A stretch of 32,000 nucleotides of DNA from Desulfobulbus propionicus DSM 2032 (GCF_000186885.1 NC_014972.1:840001-872000), one strand, 5' to 3'; shown: positions 18,599 through 27,886, counted from the first letter of the stretch. The notes: generated by a model from the sequence alone, not told the origin. Translations and numbers: made by a program.

Positions 18599-20848
18599 AT
18601 GAAAAAAGTATATGGTGCATATCTTTGTACTGGTTGTGGCATTGGCGATGTCCTCGATGTAGATGGGCTCAAAGACGCGGCCTCCGATGCGGGCATCGAG
18701 ATGGTGGAACATGGCTGTTTGTGCGGCGCCGACGGACGGGCCTTCATTGAGAAGGACATCGCCGAAAAAGGTGTCAACACCATCGTTGTCTGCGCATGCT
18801 CGCCTCGAGTGATGCAGCAGGAATTTAATTTCGGCGAGCAGACCATCACCGTGCGCGGCAATCTCCGCGAGCATGTCGCTTGGACCGGTTCCTTGAAAGA
18901 GGATGGCAGCGTTGATGACTTTCTCCAGGAAATGGCCACCGACTATGTTCGCATGGCCGTGACCCGGGCACAAAAAACCGAGTTGCCGGTTCCTTATCAA
19001 TTGGAAACCATTTGTAAAAAGATTTTGGTCATGGGTGGCGGCCTCGCCGGTCTGACGGCAGCTAAAGAGGCGGCCCTCGCGGGATATGAGGTGACCATTG
19101 TCGAAAAGGAACCGCAGTTGGGTGGCAAGGCTCTGGGGTGGAGGAAAATGTTTCCGACCGCCTTTCCTTACGATGCGCTCGAAAATCCAACCATTCATGA
19201 TTTGATCGCCGAGGTTCAGGGCAACAGCAAGATCACGGTCAAGACGAGTTGCGAAGTGGCTCGGATCGGTGGCGCGCCAGGCCAGTTCAATGTTACCTTC
19301 AAAGGTGCTGGGACGGCATCCGAATGGGATGCTCCGGCAAAGGTGACCGCCGACCAGCAGGACCTGATCAACAAGGGCGAGCTCGATGATCCCAACAAAG
19401 GGTTGCAAAAATATACCACTTTGAACCCGGAGGGAGAAATCTTTGGTGCGGTAGTTCTTGCCACTGGCTGGAAACCAGCTGATGTCTCCCAGTATGACCA
19501 TCTTGGCTACGGCAAGTTGACCAATGTAGTCACCAACGCTGAATTCGAAAAATTGGCCAAAAACGGTAAGGTCCCCGCGCGGGTTGCTTTTGTCCAGAGT
19601 CCAGGCGGCAAGGACAATGACCAGGATTTCCCCTACTGCAACTCGGTCACCTCGATGGTTGCCTTGAAGCAGGCAAATTATGTCGTTGAGGACAATCCGG
19701 TTGATGGCAAGGCCTATATCCTTTATCAACACATGCGCACGCCCGGCAATACCGAGCTGTTTTATAAGGGGATGCAGGCAAAAGACGGCGTATTCATGAC
19801 CAAGGCTGCGGTCACCAAGGTTGACGCGGCTGGCAGTGGACTGGTGGTTGATGTGGAAGACAACCTGCTGGGTGAGAATCTGCAGCTCGAAGTTGATATG
19901 GTCGTCCTTGCGGCTGGCATGGTTCCAACGACCGCCGGTGAAAACGTGATCAACTTGGCCTACCGGCAGGGACCTGCCTTTCTCGATCTCGATTTGTTTG
20001 ATGGGTATGCGGACTCTCATTTCATCTGCTTTCCCTATGAGACCCGTCGGACCGGTATCTATACCTGCGGCGGTGTCCGGAAAGCGGAAACCATGGAAGA
20101 AACGATTGACGATGCGACCGGTGCGGCTTTGAAAGCCATTCAGTGCATCGAGTCGGCGAATCGTGGGGTGGCTGTTCATCCCCGCTCCGGTGACCAAACC
20201 TATCCCGATTTTTTCTTCTCGCGCTGTACCCAATGCAAGCGGTGCACGGAAGAGTGTCCGTTTGGCGCACTTGATGACGACGAGAAAGGCACACCGTTGC
20301 CCAACCCGACTCGATGCCGACGTTGTGGAACTTGTATGGGCGCCTGTCCTGAACGTATCATCAACTTTGCCGATTACAGCATCGATATGATCGGCTCGAT
20401 GGTCAAATCCATCGAGGTCCCGGATGACGATGAAGAAAAACTGCGCATCGCGGTTTTTGTCTGCGAGAACGACGCCTACCCGGCGATCGATATGTCCGGT
20501 ATGCATCGCAACAAGATCAACAGGCTGGTGCGATTTATCCCGGTTCGCTGCTTAGGCTCGGTCAATATGGTCTGGATCAAGGATGCAATGTCGTCCGGCA
20601 TGGACGGCGCCTTGTTACTGGGATGCAAATATGGCGACGATTATCAGTGCCATTTTGTTAAGGGTTCCGAGATCGCCTCCCGGCGCATGGAGAACATCGG
20701 CGAAACGCTGGGCTCCTTGGGCCTGGAGCCAGAACGGTGTGGTGTACGTGAAATCGCCATCTCCGATTATGACAAGATTCCGGCCATTATTGACGAATTT
20801 GTCGAGGAAATCGTGGCTATGGGACCGAACCCGTTCAAAGGCTTCTAA
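18599..20848 (+). CDS. qmoB: Quinone-interacting membrane-bound oxidoreductase subunit B (HdrA/MvhD-like)
   Basis: MKKVYGAYLCTGCGIGDVL...ILVMGGGLAGLTAAKEAALAGYEVTIVEKEPQLGG...CTQCKRCTEECPFGA...CRRCGTCMGACPERI; C-terminal MvhD-like region; RBS taggagg. Confidence 0.95.
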   Translation: MKKVYGAYLCTGCGIGDVLDVDGLKDAASDAGIEMVEHGCLCGADGRAFIEKDIAEKGVNTIVVCACSPRVMQQEFNFGEQTITVRGNLREHVAWTGSLKEDGSVDDFLQEMATDYVRMAVTRAQKTELPVPYQLETICKKILVMGGGLAGLTAAKEAALAGYEVTIVEKEPQLGGKALGWRKMFPTAFPYDALENPTIHDLIAEVQGNSKITVKTSCEVARIGGAPGQFNVTFKGAGTASEWDAPAKVTADQQDLINKGELDDPNKGLQKYTTLNPEGEIFGAVVLATGWKPADVSQYDHLGYGKLTNVVTNAEFEKLAKNGKVPARVAFVQSPGGKDNDQDFPYCNSVTSMVALKQANYVVEDNPVDGKAYILYQHMRTPGNTELFYKGMQAKDGVFMTKAAVTKVDAAGSGLVVDVEDNLLGENLQLEVDMVVLAAGMVPTTAGENVINLAYRQGPAFLDLDLFDGYADSHFICFPYETRRTGIYTCGGVRKAETMEETIDDATGAALKAIQCIESANRGVAVHPRSGDQTYPDFFFSRCTQCKRCTEECPFGALDDDEKGTPLPNPTRCRRCGTCMGACPERIINFADYSIDMIGSMVKSIEVPDDDEEKLRIAVFVCENDAYPAIDMSGMHRNKINRLVRFIPVRCLGSVNMVWIKDAMSSGMDGALLLGCKYGDDYQCHFVKGSEIASRRMENIGETLGSLGLEPERCGVREIAISDYDKIPAIIDEFVEEIVAMGPNPFKGF

Positions 20849-20864
20849 GAACATGTGATTATTC

Positions 20865-20891
20865 TGCCGCCATCCTGCCGGGGTGGCGGCA
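20865..20891 (+). promoter_or_regulatory. Stem-loop in the qmoB-qmoC spacer (no U-tract)
   Basis: TGCCGCCATCC - TGCCG - GGGTGGCGGCA, 11 bp including one G-U pair. Confidence 0.6.
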
Positions 20892-20958
20892 CCGTTCCTT
20901 ATGCTGTGTCTCGAAACTACTGCGCGTAGATCATCATCTTTCATGACAGGAGGAAATA

Positions 20959-22167
20959 ATGTCTATGAACGTGCAACCCGATCTTGATTTTATCAAAGCC
21001 ATGAAGGAGGCGGGTGGCGACACTTTGAAAAAGTGTTATCAATGCGCGACATGTTCTGTCGCCTGCCCGCTTTCCTCCGACGATAATCCTTTTCCCAGAA
21101 AGCAGATGATTCTTGCTCAGTGGGGATTAAAGGATAAGCTTATTAGTGACGCCAACATTTTCCTTTGCCATCAATGCGGCGATTGCACTGAAATGTGCCC
21201 GCGTGGGGCTCGCCCCGGTGACGTGCTTGGTGCCATTCGTTCCTATGCGTATCGATCCCTTGCCTGGCCAAAAGCCCTAGCTGATTTGTGCGCTTCCGCC
21301 AAGAATTTGCCCATGCTCATCGGCATTCCGGCGGTGGCCATCTTCATCATGTGGCTCATTTCCGGTGGAATGCATATTCCGTCAGGTGAACACTTCGCCA
21401 AAGTCGGATATACGCAATTTTTTGGACACTGGGACTTCCGTCTGCTCGCTAAGAACGTGTTGTTCATTGATATTATCATGCTGACTGCCGTGGGAATCGC
21501 TATCACTTCCATATACAAGGGGATATCCACCTTGTGGAAGGGCATGCAGGCATCCATCGGCTTGACCGATGTGGCGTATCGTCCATCGGTGACCCAATTT
21601 ATTCAACAATTTCTCTGGCCGTCCATTATCGAAATACTGCAGCATACTCGATTCAAGGAATGCACTGTCAATGCTGACCGGGTAAAAGGTCACCAGCCTC
21701 TAGTTTTTGCCTTTATCGGACTGTTCATCGTTACTTGTTATTCCTTGTTCACCCAGGATGTTATCGGTATTTTTATACCTTCGATGCACGGCCCGATCTC
21801 GATGTGGAATCCTGTAAAATTGCTTGCCAATGTCAGTGCAGTGGCAATGATTGCCGGTATCGGTATCCTTTGGATGAACAGATCCAGAATGGAAGCGGCT
21901 GGCAAAGCATCGAACACCTTTTATGATTGGTTTCTTATTTGGATCATCATGGGGGTGGGTGTCACCGGTTTGGCCGCTGAGTTGCTGCGCCTCGTAGGCA
22001 TCCCTTCTTTGGGGTATATCGTTTACTATCTGCACCTTATTTCTGTTGCCATGCTTTTCCTGTACATGCCTTACACTAAGTTTGCCCATATCGTGTACCG
22101 GACCTTTGCCATGGCGTTTGAGCGTTATCGGGATTCTTCCTATATCAAAAACCCACTGAATCAGTAA
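20959..22167 (+). CDS. qmoC: Quinone-interacting membrane-bound oxidoreductase subunit C (HdrC/HdrE-like cytochrome b)
   Basis: CYQCATCSVACPLSSDDNPFPRKQMILAQWG...CHQCGDCTEMCPRGARPGDVLGAIRSYAY, then several TM helices with His residues; RBS aggagg. Confidence 0.95.
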   Translation: MSMNVQPDLDFIKAMKEAGGDTLKKCYQCATCSVACPLSSDDNPFPRKQMILAQWGLKDKLISDANIFLCHQCGDCTEMCPRGARPGDVLGAIRSYAYRSLAWPKALADLCASAKNLPMLIGIPAVAIFIMWLISGGMHIPSGEHFAKVGYTQFFGHWDFRLLAKNVLFIDIIMLTAVGIAITSIYKGISTLWKGMQASIGLTDVAYRPSVTQFIQQFLWPSIIEILQHTRFKECTVNADRVKGHQPLVFAFIGLFIVTCYSLFTQDVIGIFIPSMHGPISMWNPVKLLANVSAVAMIAGIGILWMNRSRMEAAGKASNTFYDWFLIWIIMGVGVTGLAAELLRLVGIPSLGYIVYYLHLISVAMLFLYMPYTKFAHIVYRTFAMAFERYRDSSYIKNPLNQ

Positions 22168-22193
22168 GCAACTTGCTCAAAACAGAGTTTTAC

Positions 22194-22222
22194 AACCGGA
22201 GGCCTTCTGCCTCCGGTTTTTT
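22194..22222 (+). terminator. Intrinsic terminator after qmoC
   Basis: AACCGGAGGC - CTTCT - GCCTCCGGTT followed by T-run. Confidence 0.9.
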
Positions 22223-22246
22223 TTATCTTTGCTGAATAAAAAAAGA

Positions 22247-22274
22247 TTGATTTTTAAAAAGAGTAGGGTATATT
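22247..22274 (+). promoter_or_regulatory. Promoter of the tRNA-tuf operon with a GC-rich discriminator
   Basis: TTGATT - 16 nt - TATATT followed by GCCCG, about 12 nt before tRNA-Thr. Confidence 0.6.
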
Positions 22275-22286
22275 GCCCGAGCTCTT

Positions 22287-22362
<76 letters not shown>

Positions 22363-22372
22363 GGCTTGATGA

Positions 22373-22432
22373 AAGACAAAAGCCAGAGGGCAGGTTGCAG
22401 GAATGTGTAATTTGCTCTCTGTCTTTTGTCTT
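22373..22432 (+). repeat. Long near-perfect inverted repeat/hairpin between tRNA-Thr and tRNA-Tyr
   Basis: Arms aagacaaaagccagagggca (22373-22392) and tgctctctgtcttttgtctt (22413-22432): 20 positions paired with one mismatch and one G-U; 20-nt loop. Confidence 0.85.
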
Positions 22433-22444
22433 CTGGTTATATGT

Positions 22445-22529
22445 GGAGGGGTTCCCGAGCGGCCAAAGGGAACAGACTGTAAATCTGTCGGCGGAGCCTT
22501 CGGAGGTTCGAATCCTCCCCCCTCCACCA
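22445..22529 (+). tRNA. tRNA-Tyr (anticodon GTA), CCA encoded
   Basis: GGAGGGGTTCCCGAGCGGCC...CAGACTGTAAATCTG..., class II variable arm, ...CCCCTCCACCA. Confidence 0.95.
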
Positions 22530-22579
22530 CATAATAGGGCCACATGCAGTACGCAGTGTTGAGTGAGGCGAATCTGGAA

Positions 22580-22654
22580 GCGGGAATAGCTCAATGGTAG
22601 AGCATCAGCCTTCCAAGCTGAGGGTTGCGGGTTCGAGTCTCGTTTCCCGCTCCA
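22580..22654 (+). tRNA. tRNA-Gly (anticodon TCC), CCA encoded
   Basis: GCGGGAATAGCTCAATGGTAGAGC...TCAGCCTTCCAAGCTGA...TTCGAGT...TTCCCGCTCCA. Confidence 0.95.
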
Positions 22655-22704
22655 CTTTTAAGATGCCTCGGTTGTAGGTCAGCTGCAAAGTCTAGTAGAT
22701 CTTC

Positions 22705-22779
22705 GCCCGCGTAACTCAGGGGTAGAGTACCTCCTTGGTAAGGAGGAAGCCATCGGTTCAAATCCGATCGCGGGCTCCA
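22705..22779 (+). tRNA. tRNA-Thr (anticodon GGT), CCA encoded
   Basis: GCCCGCG...CCTCCTTGGTAAGGAGG...TTCAAAT...CGCGGGCTCCA. Confidence 0.95.
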
Positions 22780-22846
22780 AAATATCAGTCGATTGGTGAA
22801 AAGGATCGATTGAGTCTGATTGAACTTTTGTCCAAGGAGACATGAG

Positions 22847-24037
22847 ATGGCGAAGGAAAAATTTGAGCGGACAAAGCCGCATGTCAATGTAGGAACAATC
22901 GGTCACATTGACCATGGCAAGACGACCTTAACGGCGGCGATCACTCGGGTGTTGTCGACCAAGGGCATGGCCAAGTTCACTGACTTCAGCGAGATTGACA
23001 AGGCGCCGGAAGAGAAGGAGCGCGGCATTACCATCGCGACCGCACATGTCGAATACGAAACGCCAACCCGCCATTATGCCCATGTGGACTGTCCTGGCCA
23101 TGCGGACTATATCAAGAACATGATCACTGGTGCCGCCCAGATGGATGGCGCGATTCTCGTGGTTGCGGCAACCGACGGTCCGATGCCGCAAACTAGGGAG
23201 CACATCCTTCTTGCCCGTCAGGTTGGTGTGCCGGCAATGGTCGTCTTTTTGAACAAGTGCGACATGGTCGATGATCCGGAATTGATCGAGCTGGTCGAGA
23301 TGGAGCTTCGCGAGTTGCTCGATAAATACGATTTCCCCGGTGACGAGATTCCGATTATCCAGGGGTCGGCGCTGAATGCACTTGAGTTTCCGGAAGACGA
23401 GGTCAAGGCCAAGTGTATCTGGGATCTGATGGAGGCGGTTGACAGCTACATTCCGCAGCCCGAGCGAGCCATTGATAAGCCGTTCCTGATGCCTGTTGAG
23501 GACGTCTTTTCCATCTCTGGGCGTGGTACGGTTGCCACGGGCCGAATTGAGCGTGGTGTGATTCACGTGGGCGACGAGGTGGAGATCGTCGGGATTCGCC
23601 CGACCGCGAAAACCACTTGTACCGGTGTCGAGATGTTTCGCAAATTGCTTGATGAGGGGCAGGCCGGCGATAATATTGGCGCCTTGCTTCGCGGTGTCAA
23701 GCGCGAAGAGATTGTCCGTGGTCAGGTACTGGCCAAGCCGGGTTCGATCAAGCCGCACAAGAAATTCAAAGCAGAGGCCTATATATTGACCAAGGAAGAG
23801 GGCGGTCGGCATACCCCCTTCTTTAATGGGTATCGTCCACAGTTTTATTTCCGGACAACCGATGTGACCGGTGTGTGTACGCTTGAAGAGGGTGTGGAGA
23901 TGGTTATGCCTGGTGATAATATCCATATCACCGGTGAATTGATCACGCCGATCGCCATGGAGGCTGGTTTGCGATTTGCCATCCGGGAAGGTGGGCGCAC
24001 GGTAGGCGCAGGCGTTATCAGCGAAATTATCGAATAA
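22847..24037 (+). CDS. tuf: Elongation factor Tu
   Basis: [37 protein letters not shown]...[26 protein letters not shown]...[10 protein letters not shown]; the track start at 22820 is probably 9 codons too long. Confidence 0.98.
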   Translation: MAKEKFERTKPHVNVGTIGHIDHGKTTLTAAITRVLSTKGMAKFTDFSEIDKAPEEKERGITIATAHVEYETPTRHYAHVDCPGHADYIKNMITGAAQMDGAILVVAATDGPMPQTREHILLARQVGVPAMVVFLNKCDMVDDPELIELVEMELRELLDKYDFPGDEIPIIQGSALNALEFPEDEVKAKCIWDLMEAVDSYIPQPERAIDKPFLMPVEDVFSISGRGTVATGRIERGVIHVGDEVEIVGIRPTAKTTCTGVEMFRKLLDEGQAGDNIGALLRGVKREEIVRGQVLAKPGSIKPHKKFKAEAYILTKEEGGRHTPFFNGYRPQFYFRTTDVTGVCTLEEGVEMVMPGDNIHITGELITPIAMEAGLRFAIREGGRTVGAGVISEIIE

Positions 24038-24078
24038 TCAATGCCCTGGTGTAGCTAGGGTGTTATTGAAGTGAAACG

Positions 24079-24103
24079 AGCAGCCGGGCAAGTCCCGGCT
24101 GCT
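24079..24103 (+). terminator. Hairpin after tuf, possible weak terminator or processing site before rpmG
   Basis: AGCAGCCGGG - CAAGT - CCCGGCTGCT, perfect 10-bp stem, no U-run. Confidence 0.5.
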
Positions 24104-24123
24104 GTCACTCTGTAGGGCGAAAC

Positions 24124-24273
24124 ATGAGAGATAACATTACGCTTGCTTGTCAAACGTGTAAGCAACGCAATTATACTACGACCAAAAATAAAAAAACCGT
24201 GCCGCATAAGTTGGAGTTAAAAAAATACTGCCCCTTCTGCAAAACGCATACTCCGCACAAAGAAACCAAATAA
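24124..24273 (+). CDS. rpmG: 50S ribosomal protein L33, 49 aa, absent from the supplied ORF track
   Basis: Manual translation: [49 protein letters not shown]; CxxC pairs; standard tuf-rpmG-trnW-secE position. Confidence 0.95.
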   Translation: MRDNITLACQTCKQRNYTTTKNKKTVPHKLELKKYCPFCKTHTPHKETK

Positions 24274-24275
24274 AC

Positions 24276-24351
24276 AGGCCAGTAGCTCGAACGGTAGAGC
24301 ACCGGACTCCAAATCCGGGGGTTGGGGGTTCGAATCCCTCCTGGCCTGCCA
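24276..24351 (+). tRNA. tRNA-Trp (anticodon CCA), CCA tail encoded
   Basis: AGGCCAGTAGCTCGAACGGTAGAGCACCGGACTCCAAATCCGGGGGTTGGGGGTTCGAATCCCTCCTGGCCTGCCA. Confidence 0.95.
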
Positions 24352-24399
24352 CAGAGAGTTCGCAGCAATGTGAATGAGACGGTATTTCCCAGCAAACGA

Positions 24400-24672
24400 A
24401 TGTCGACAAAAAAAGCAACACGAACGGGGAAGGGTGGAGTGGAGGCAAAGAAAGATCCTGTCGATCAGGAGGGTCGTTCTGCTTTCTCCCCCTCTGGTAT
24501 CCGCCAGTTTATTCTCGAAGTGCAATCAGAGTTCCGAAAAATTGTCTGGCCTGGAAAAAAGCCTACGGCTGGTTTGACAGGTTTTGTCGTTTTGCTGGTT
24601 GTTCTTATTTCTCTGTATCTTGGCTCGGTCGATCTTCTTCTCGGGAAGCTGGTGTCATACGTGCTTAATTGA
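24400..24672 (+). CDS. secE: Preprotein translocase subunit SecE
   Basis: EVQSEFRKIVWPGKKPTAGLTGFVVLLVVLISLYLGSVDLLLGKLV; directly upstream of nusG. Confidence 0.92.
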   Translation: MSTKKATRTGKGGVEAKKDPVDQEGRSAFSPSGIRQFILEVQSEFRKIVWPGKKPTAGLTGFVVLLVVLISLYLGSVDLLLGKLVSYVLN

Positions 24673-24693
24673 TTGACTGGCTGGGAAATATTT

Positions 24694-25257
24694 ATGGCAA
24701 AGAGCTGGTACATAGTTCATACGCATACCGGGTTTGAGAATAAGGTCAAGTCCACTCTCGAAGAGCGCATCAAGCTTGCCGGACAGGAAGATTTGTTCGG
24801 TGAGATTCTTGTTCCTACCGAGCAAGTTGTGGAAATGGTTAAGGGTGCCAGAAAAACATCGGAAAGAAAATTTTTTCCGGGATACATCCTTGTCAACATG
24901 GAGATGAACGAACGGAGCTGGCATACTGTTCAGGAGACTCCCAGGGTCACCGGTTTTGTCGGCATTAACATGAGCCAAGCTGGAGCGGACAAAGATATTT
25001 ATAAAAAAATTCCTTCGTTGACCGATAAGGAAGCGGATAAGATCCTCGGGCGCATCGCAGACGGCGCGAATAAACCTAAACCCAAGGTGGTTTTTGCTGA
25101 AGGAGATGCAGTCCGAGTTATTGATGGCCCCTTTGCAAATTTTCAGGGTGTTATTGAAGAAGTTTTTCCGGACAAAGGGCGCGTGCGGGTGATGGTTTCC
25201 ATATTTGGTCGCTCGACCCCGGTGGAACTCGAATATATACAGGTAAGTAAAAACTGA
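24694..25257 (+). CDS. nusG: Transcription termination/antitermination factor NusG
   Basis: MAKSWYIVHTHTGFENKVKSTLEERI...VNMEMNERSWHTVQETPRVTGFVG...VKVIDGPFANF-like KOW (VRVIDGPFANFQGVIEEVFPDKGRVRVMVSIFGRSTPVELEYIQV). Confidence 0.97.
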   Translation: MAKSWYIVHTHTGFENKVKSTLEERIKLAGQEDLFGEILVPTEQVVEMVKGARKTSERKFFPGYILVNMEMNERSWHTVQETPRVTGFVGINMSQAGADKDIYKKIPSLTDKEADKILGRIADGANKPKPKVVFAEGDAVRVIDGPFANFQGVIEEVFPDKGRVRVMVSIFGRSTPVELEYIQVSKN

Positions 25258-25286
25258 ACTCCCGGTAGATCGGGGAGGTTAAAGCC

Positions 25287-25712
25287 ATGGCAAAAAAAAT
25301 ACAAGCATTTATCAAGCTACAGATACCTGCTGGAAAGGCCAATCCGTCTCCACCCGTCGGACCCGCCCTGGGGCAGCACGGTGTCAATATAATGGATTTT
25401 TGCAAAGCCTTTAATGCGCAGACACAGTCTGCAGGAGATACCATCATTCCTGTTGTGATCACCGTATATTCGGATCGGTCCTACAGTTTTATCACTAAAA
25501 CCCCCCCGGCTTCTGTTCTTTTGAAAAAAGCCGCCGGATTGCAGCGTGGTTCAAGTAATCCCAAGAAAGATCGTGTCGCCGAGCTTGATCAGGCAAAAAT
25601 CCGTGAAATTGCTGAAACCAAAATGCCTGATCTGAATGCCTACGACATTGATCATGCCATCCGTATTATTGAAGGAACGGCAAGAAGTTGTGGCATTACG
25701 ATAGTAAAGTAA
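25287..25712 (+). CDS. rplK: 50S ribosomal protein L11
   Basis: [39 protein letters not shown]...[10 protein letters not shown]. Confidence 0.98.
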   Translation: MAKKIQAFIKLQIPAGKANPSPPVGPALGQHGVNIMDFCKAFNAQTQSAGDTIIPVVITVYSDRSYSFITKTPPASVLLKKAAGLQRGSSNPKKDRVAELDQAKIREIAETKMPDLNAYDIDHAIRIIEGTARSCGITIVK

Positions 25713-25777
25713 CTTGGAATAATATTCGCTAACCTGTGCGCCACCACAACGCACTAGGGAGAATAGGAGGGCGCGAC

Positions 25778-26488
25778 ATGCCGAAACGTGGAAAGCAATA
25801 CAAAAATGCTGTAAGCGAGATTGACCGTCAGAAAATTTATGATCTCGCCGATGCATTGGACAACGTTCTTAAAATCAAATTTGCCAAATTTGATGAATCT
25901 GTTGATATCGCTGTTCGCTTGGGTGTCGATCCGCGGCATGCTGATCAAATGGTCCGATCAAGCGTTATCCTCCCAAATGGCACAGGGAAAACTGCTCGTG
26001 TTTTGGTCTTTGCCAAGGGTGACAAAGAAAAAGAAGCGATGGCCGCCGGTGCCGATTTTGCTGGCTCGGACGAGTTGATTGAAAAGATTAAAGGCGGTTG
26101 GCTTGAATTTGACAAAACCATCGCAACTCCTGACATGATGGGAGAAGTGGGGAAAATTGGTCGTATTCTTGGGCCGCGTAACTTGATGCCCAATGCCAAA
26201 CTTGGGACCGTTACCTTTGACATTGCCCGTGTGGTCAATGAAATTAAGAAAGGAAAAGTTGACTTTCGGGTTGATAAAGCTGGTGTTGTTCATGCTGTGA
26301 TGGGGAAGAGCTCCTTTGGGGTGGATAAGCTGGCTGAAAATATTCTCGCCTTCATTGATAAATTGATTCAATTGAAGCCCTCAACAAGCAAAGGGATTTA
26401 TCTGCGTGCCATATCGGTTTCCAGCACTATGGGGCCGGGTTTTAAGGTTGATCCCCTTCAAGTTCGATCTCTCATTAAATCGACCTGA
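25778..26488 (+). CDS. rplA: 50S ribosomal protein L1
   Basis: MPKRGKQYKNA...VDIAVRLGVDPRHADQMVRSSVILPNGTGKTARVLVFAKG...LMPNAKLGTVT...GVVHAVMGKSSFG; RBS ggagg upstream of ATG 25778. Confidence 0.98.
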   Translation: MPKRGKQYKNAVSEIDRQKIYDLADALDNVLKIKFAKFDESVDIAVRLGVDPRHADQMVRSSVILPNGTGKTARVLVFAKGDKEKEAMAAGADFAGSDELIEKIKGGWLEFDKTIATPDMMGEVGKIGRILGPRNLMPNAKLGTVTFDIARVVNEIKKGKVDFRVDKAGVVHAVMGKSSFGVDKLAENILAFIDKLIQLKPSTSKGIYLRAISVSSTMGPGFKVDPLQVRSLIKST

Positions 26489-26559
26489 AATGAACAGACA
26501 TGATGGCTGACCAGAGCGTCATTCGCCTGCATTTTAATTTTTGTTAAACATAATAGGGA

Positions 26560-26700
26560 AGGTCAAAGACAGCAGGTACGGAAGTTTAATGCCTCGTATC
26601 AATAGGGGGCACCTGCCGAGACCAAAACCGGTTTTAGTTTTGACCGGATTGTAGTCTTCATTCCTCTTTCTGCTCTTTTTGACAGTTCCCGATACTCAAA
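26560..26700 (+). promoter_or_regulatory. Ribosomal protein L10-type autoregulatory leader (approximate bounds)
   Basis: Structured rplA-rplJ intergenic sequence with conserved-looking AGACAGCAGGTACGG...GGGGGCACCTGCCGAGACCAAAACCGGTTTTAGTTTTGACCGG; location typical of L10 leaders. Confidence 0.55.
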
Positions 26701-26713
26701 GGAGGTACCTGCG

Positions 26714-27232
26714 TTGAATCGCGATCAGAAGACCGATGTCATTAGTGAACTCAACGAGACCTTTTCCAAAGCGAAGTTTGCGGTAGTTGCCGATTATCGT
26801 GGGCTGAAAGTGACGGAACTGGAAAAGTTGCGTAAAGAACTGCGCCAAAACGATGCGCAAATCCAGGTTGCAAAGAATACCTTGCTCAAGCTGGCGGTTA
26901 AGGGGACAGCCTACGAAGGGCTGAGTGACTTCTTCAGTGGCACCACAGCGGTGGCCGTGGGCTTCACAGAGCCGGTTGGTCCATCAAAGGCATTGACTGC
27001 TTTTGCCGCGGAATTCAATGCCTTTTCCATCCGTTCGGCTGTCCTCGAAGGAAGTGTGCTGACCGCAGAGGACGTGGTGGCGCTGTCCAAGCTCCCCAGC
27101 CGAGAACAGCTGCTTGCCAAGCTGCTTGGCACCATGTCGGCCGTGCCGACTGGATTTGTGCGAGTGCTCAGTGCTGTACCGCAGAAATTACTGTATGCAA
27201 TTTCTGCAATTAAAGATCAGAAGGAAAATTAA
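26714..27232 (+). CDS. rplJ: 50S ribosomal protein L10 (TTG start)
   Basis: NRDQKTDVISELNETFSKAKFAVVADYRGLKVTELEKLRKELR...NTLLKLAVKGT; RBS aaaggagg before the TTG. Confidence 0.96.
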   Translation: MNRDQKTDVISELNETFSKAKFAVVADYRGLKVTELEKLRKELRQNDAQIQVAKNTLLKLAVKGTAYEGLSDFFSGTTAVAVGFTEPVGPSKALTAFAAEFNAFSIRSAVLEGSVLTAEDVVALSKLPSREQLLAKLLGTMSAVPTGFVRVLSAVPQKLLYAISAIKDQKEN

Positions 27233-27299
27233 ATACACTTCCTTGCACGTTCGCAACGTCAAGGAAAGCAAATTGACATTTAGCCTGGAGGAATGAACA

Positions 27300-27680
27300 A
27301 TGGCTGTAACCAAACAAGATGTGATCGATTTTATTTCCAACATGACTGTTCTCGAGCTCTCTGAGCTGATCAAGGAATTGGAGGAAAAATTTGGTGTTTC
27401 TGCAGCTGCCCCGGTGGCGGTTGCTGCGGTTGCCGCACCGGCTGAAGGTGGCGCTGCCGCTGAGGAGAAAACCGAATTTGACGTCATCCTTACCAATGCC
27501 GGAGATCAAAAGATCAAGGTAATCAAGGAAGTTCGTGCTATCACCTCGCTGGGCCTCAAGGAGGCGAAAGACTTGGTTGAGGGCGTACCCGCACCAATCA
27601 AGGAAGGTGTCAGCAAGGATGAAGCCGCTGCGATCAAAACCCAAATCGAAGGTGCCGGCGGTACCGTAGAGATCAAATAA
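27300..27680 (+). CDS. rplL: 50S ribosomal protein L7/L12
   Basis: [38 protein letters not shown]...[54 protein letters not shown]. Confidence 0.98.
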   Translation: MAVTKQDVIDFISNMTVLELSELIKELEEKFGVSAAAPVAVAAVAAPAEGGAAAEEKTEFDVILTNAGDQKIKVIKEVRAITSLGLKEAKDLVEGVPAPIKEGVSKDEAAAIKTQIEGAGGTVEIK

Positions 27681-27741
27681 TTAGATCTATCCTTTGCGCT
27701 ATCGGGTCGTTATTACCCGAAGGCAAATCATCTCATCAGGC

Positions 27742-27772
27742 AACGCTATAGGGCTAAAAGCCCCGTAGCGTT
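27742..27772 (+). promoter_or_regulatory. Stem-loop in the rplL-rpoB intergenic region (attenuator/RNase processing candidate)
   Basis: aacgctatagggct - aaa - agccccgtagcgtt: 14 positions with one A-C mismatch and one G-U; no strong U-run. Confidence 0.7.
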
Positions 27773-27886
27773 CCTGTGTTTGTAGGTATTTCCAATCTTC
27801 TAGTCGGATCGCGTTTAGTTTTATATCGTTATTTCGTGTAATTATTAAACTGTGATCTGTTTCACGCGGAATGTTTCGAGGGAACC

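Noticed and set aside
18596-20506. 636-aa minus-strand ORF antisense to qmoB
   Set aside because: Same codon-bias artefact. The plus strand encodes a clear QmoB with conserved ferredoxin and flavin motifs.
24322-24399. N-terminal extension MGVRIPPGLPQRVRSN of the secE ORF
   Set aside because: It is translated from tRNA-Trp sequence. The real SecE start is MSTKK at 24400.
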